DNA of 64,000 nucleotides from an uncultured Candidatus Saccharibacteria bacterium (GTDB taxonomy: Bacteria; Patescibacteriota; Minisyncoccia; Minisyncoccales; MHMH01): assembly GCA_964482335.1 (NCBI GenBank), contig CAYZXA010000001.1, positions 24,983 through 88,982 on the forward strand, in the 5' to 3' direction. The notes beneath the pieces were generated by a model, which saw only the letters and a list, made by a program, of their open reading frames with translations, ran no database searches and was not told where the DNA came from. Below are positions 62,491 to 64,000 of the stretch, piece by piece. The stretch's first letter is position 1; the number at the start of each line of letters is the position of its first letter. The translations under genes were made by a program, and so were the position numbers.

Positions 62491-63927
62491 ATGATTATGG
62501 CGTATATACCAACAATTGGACTGGAGATACATGTTGAGTTGAAAACAAAGAGCAAAATGTTTTGTTCTTGTTTGAATGATGCAAATGAGTCACATCCTAA
62601 TGTTAATATTTGTCCTATTTGTATGGGACACCCGGGCACGCTGCCCGTTATTAATGAAGAAGCTTTAAGAAAAGTCATTAAAACTGGCTTGGCTTTGAAC
62701 AGTGATATTCCTGAACATTCCAAATTTGACAGGAAAAACTATTTTTATCCTGACCTGCCTAAGGGTTATCAAATATCTCAGTATGATATGCCTCTTTGTA
62801 AGGGGGGCTTTTTGAAGGTTAATGGCAAAAAGATAAAGATTACCAGGGTTCATTTGGAAGAAGACACGGGCAAGCTAATTCATCCCGAAGAGACTCAGTA
62901 TTCTTTGGTTGATTTTAATCGAGCTGGCATTCCTTTAATGGAGTTAGTAACAGAGCCCGACATCACTTCAGCCATAGAGGCTCGCAAATTTGCTGAAGAG
63001 TTTCAGCTAATTTTACGATATCTCGGTGTGTCTGAAGCCAATATGGAAAAAGGGCAAATGAGGGTTGAAGCAAATATTTCTTTGAAGAAAGGTTCTAAAT
63101 TAGGAACTAAGGTAGAGATTAAGAACTTAAATTCATTTAGGTCGGTTGAGAGGGGGATTGATTATGAGATTGAGCGGCAGGCAAAGCTTTTAAAAGTAGG
63201 CAAGAAGGTTATACAGGAAACCCGGGGTTGGCACGATTTCAAAGAAATAACTTTTAGCCAAAGGGCAAAAGAAGAATCTCATGATTATCGATATTTCCCT
63301 GAGCCAGACTTACCACCTCTTCATTTTGGCTTGAAAACCATTCGAGAGATTAAAGGTGAAATTCCTGAACTGCCTTTTGGTAGGAGAGAGAGATTTAAAA
63401 AGGAATATGGTATTTTAGACAAAGAAATTGAGGTACTTGTTCAAAATAAAGACTTGGGTGAATATTTTGAAAAGGCAATGTCAGAAATAGGGGATAGAAA
63501 GCTTGTTAAACTTTGTACAAACTACATGTTGACTGATTTGCAGGGTTTATTAAAAAGAGCTTCAGTTGTTGGAGAAGACTTCAGGATTACCCCGGAAGAT
63601 TTTGCTAAATTCATTATTTTAATTTCTCAAGGCAAAATCTCAAGCAAAATAGCCAAACAAGTTTTAGCAGAGATGTTCTCTACTGGTGCTGATCCCTCTC
63701 AGATAATTAAAAAGAAAGGGTTGGTGCAGATTACTAACGAAAGGGAAATTGAGATGGCTGTTAAAGAAGTAATTTCTAAGAATCCCAAGGCAATCAAAGA
63801 TTACAAAAAAGGAAAAGAAAACGCTTTTCAATTTTTAATAGGGCAGGTGATGGCTCAAACTCGTGGCAAAGCTAGTCCAGCACTAGTTAATAAAATATTA
63901 AAAGTACTCTTGACAAAAATAAAATAG
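62491..63927 (+). CDS. gatB: Asp/Glu-tRNA amidotransferase subunit B
   Basis: IGLEIHVEL, CPICMGHPGTLP, DRKNYFYPDLPKGYQISQ and RVHLEEDTGK. Confidence 0.96.
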   Translation: MIMAYIPTIGLEIHVELKTKSKMFCSCLNDANESHPNVNICPICMGHPGTLPVINEEALRKVIKTGLALNSDIPEHSKFDRKNYFYPDLPKGYQISQYDMPLCKGGFLKVNGKKIKITRVHLEEDTGKLIHPEETQYSLVDFNRAGIPLMELVTEPDITSAIEARKFAEEFQLILRYLGVSEANMEKGQMRVEANISLKKGSKLGTKVEIKNLNSFRSVERGIDYEIERQAKLLKVGKKVIQETRGWHDFKEITFSQRAKEESHDYRYFPEPDLPPLHFGLKTIREIKGEIPELPFGRRERFKKEYGILDKEIEVLVQNKDLGEYFEKAMSEIGDRKLVKLCTNYMLTDLQGLLKRASVVGEDFRITPEDFAKFIILISQGKISSKIAKQVLAEMFSTGADPSQIIKKKGLVQITNEREIEMAVKEVISKNPKAIKDYKKGKENAFQFLIGQVMAQTRGKASPALVNKILKVLLTKIK

Positions 63928-63974
63928 GAGTTATAATAAAAACAATCTCATTTAAGTTAAAAGGAGGTAAACTT

Positions 63975-64000
63975 ATGAGTAACAAGGGTAATAGTTTCTC
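63975..64000 (+). CDS. start of an unidentified CDS (truncated by the window end)
   Basis: AAAGGAGGT RBS 6 nt upstream of ATG; reads MSNKGNSF. Confidence 0.3.

Noticed and set aside
1-64000. Possibility of an alternative genetic code (UGA recoded, as in some candidate phyla)
   Set aside because: Conserved genes terminate correctly at TGA (for example rplX, infA and mnmA's upstream neighbours) and no conserved protein shows in-frame TGA, so the standard code 11 fits.

Overview
AT-rich, tightly packed, almost entirely plus-strand window with the hallmarks of a small-genome Patescibacteria/CPR bacterium (likely Parcubacteria-like). TGA is used as a stop, so the standard bacterial code applies. 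The core is a near-complete str-S10-spc-alpha ribosomal superoperon: rpsL-rpsG-fusA-tuf-rpsJ...rplO-secY-adk-map, then infA-rpmJ-rpsM-rpsK-rpsD-rpoA-rplQ-rplM-rpsI. It has no L30 gene. Other housekeeping genes are alaS, proS, pheST, gatCAB, gyrB, murA, two mreB paralogs, frr, holB, rseP and secE-nusG-rplK. The left flank carries redox, metal and repair genes. The most interesting findings, from my own reading of the sequence, are: (1) An Azoarcus-like group I intron (48816-49017) splits the anticodon loop of a non-canonical tRNA(CAU) gene. Directly downstream lies a free-standing HTH+LAGLIDADG-like homing-endonuclease candidate whose 3' end runs into a second, intact tRNA(CAU). (2) A two-gene cassette (DUF5674-like plus an unknown helical protein) sits in the 3' end of rplK and is flanked by a duplicated L11 C-terminal coding segment. 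No rplA-rplJ-rplL follows. (3) An archaeal-flavoured dTMP module: dcd, an MtrA-like/DUF4346 protein, a divergent thyA and deoC. (4) RpoA has no alpha-CTD; a lysine-rich tail takes its place. (5) A 6S-like structured RNA candidate lies between the adk paralog and tRNA-Pro. (6) A three-copy post-stop-codon hairpin motif shows a compensatory base change. (7) A 1.1 kb stretch between mnmA and alaS has no large gene but holds two consensus promoters, a candidate sRNA and small orphan ORFs. No CRISPR array, transposase or integrase was seen. All calls come from reading the sequence and recalling family motifs; no database search was run.
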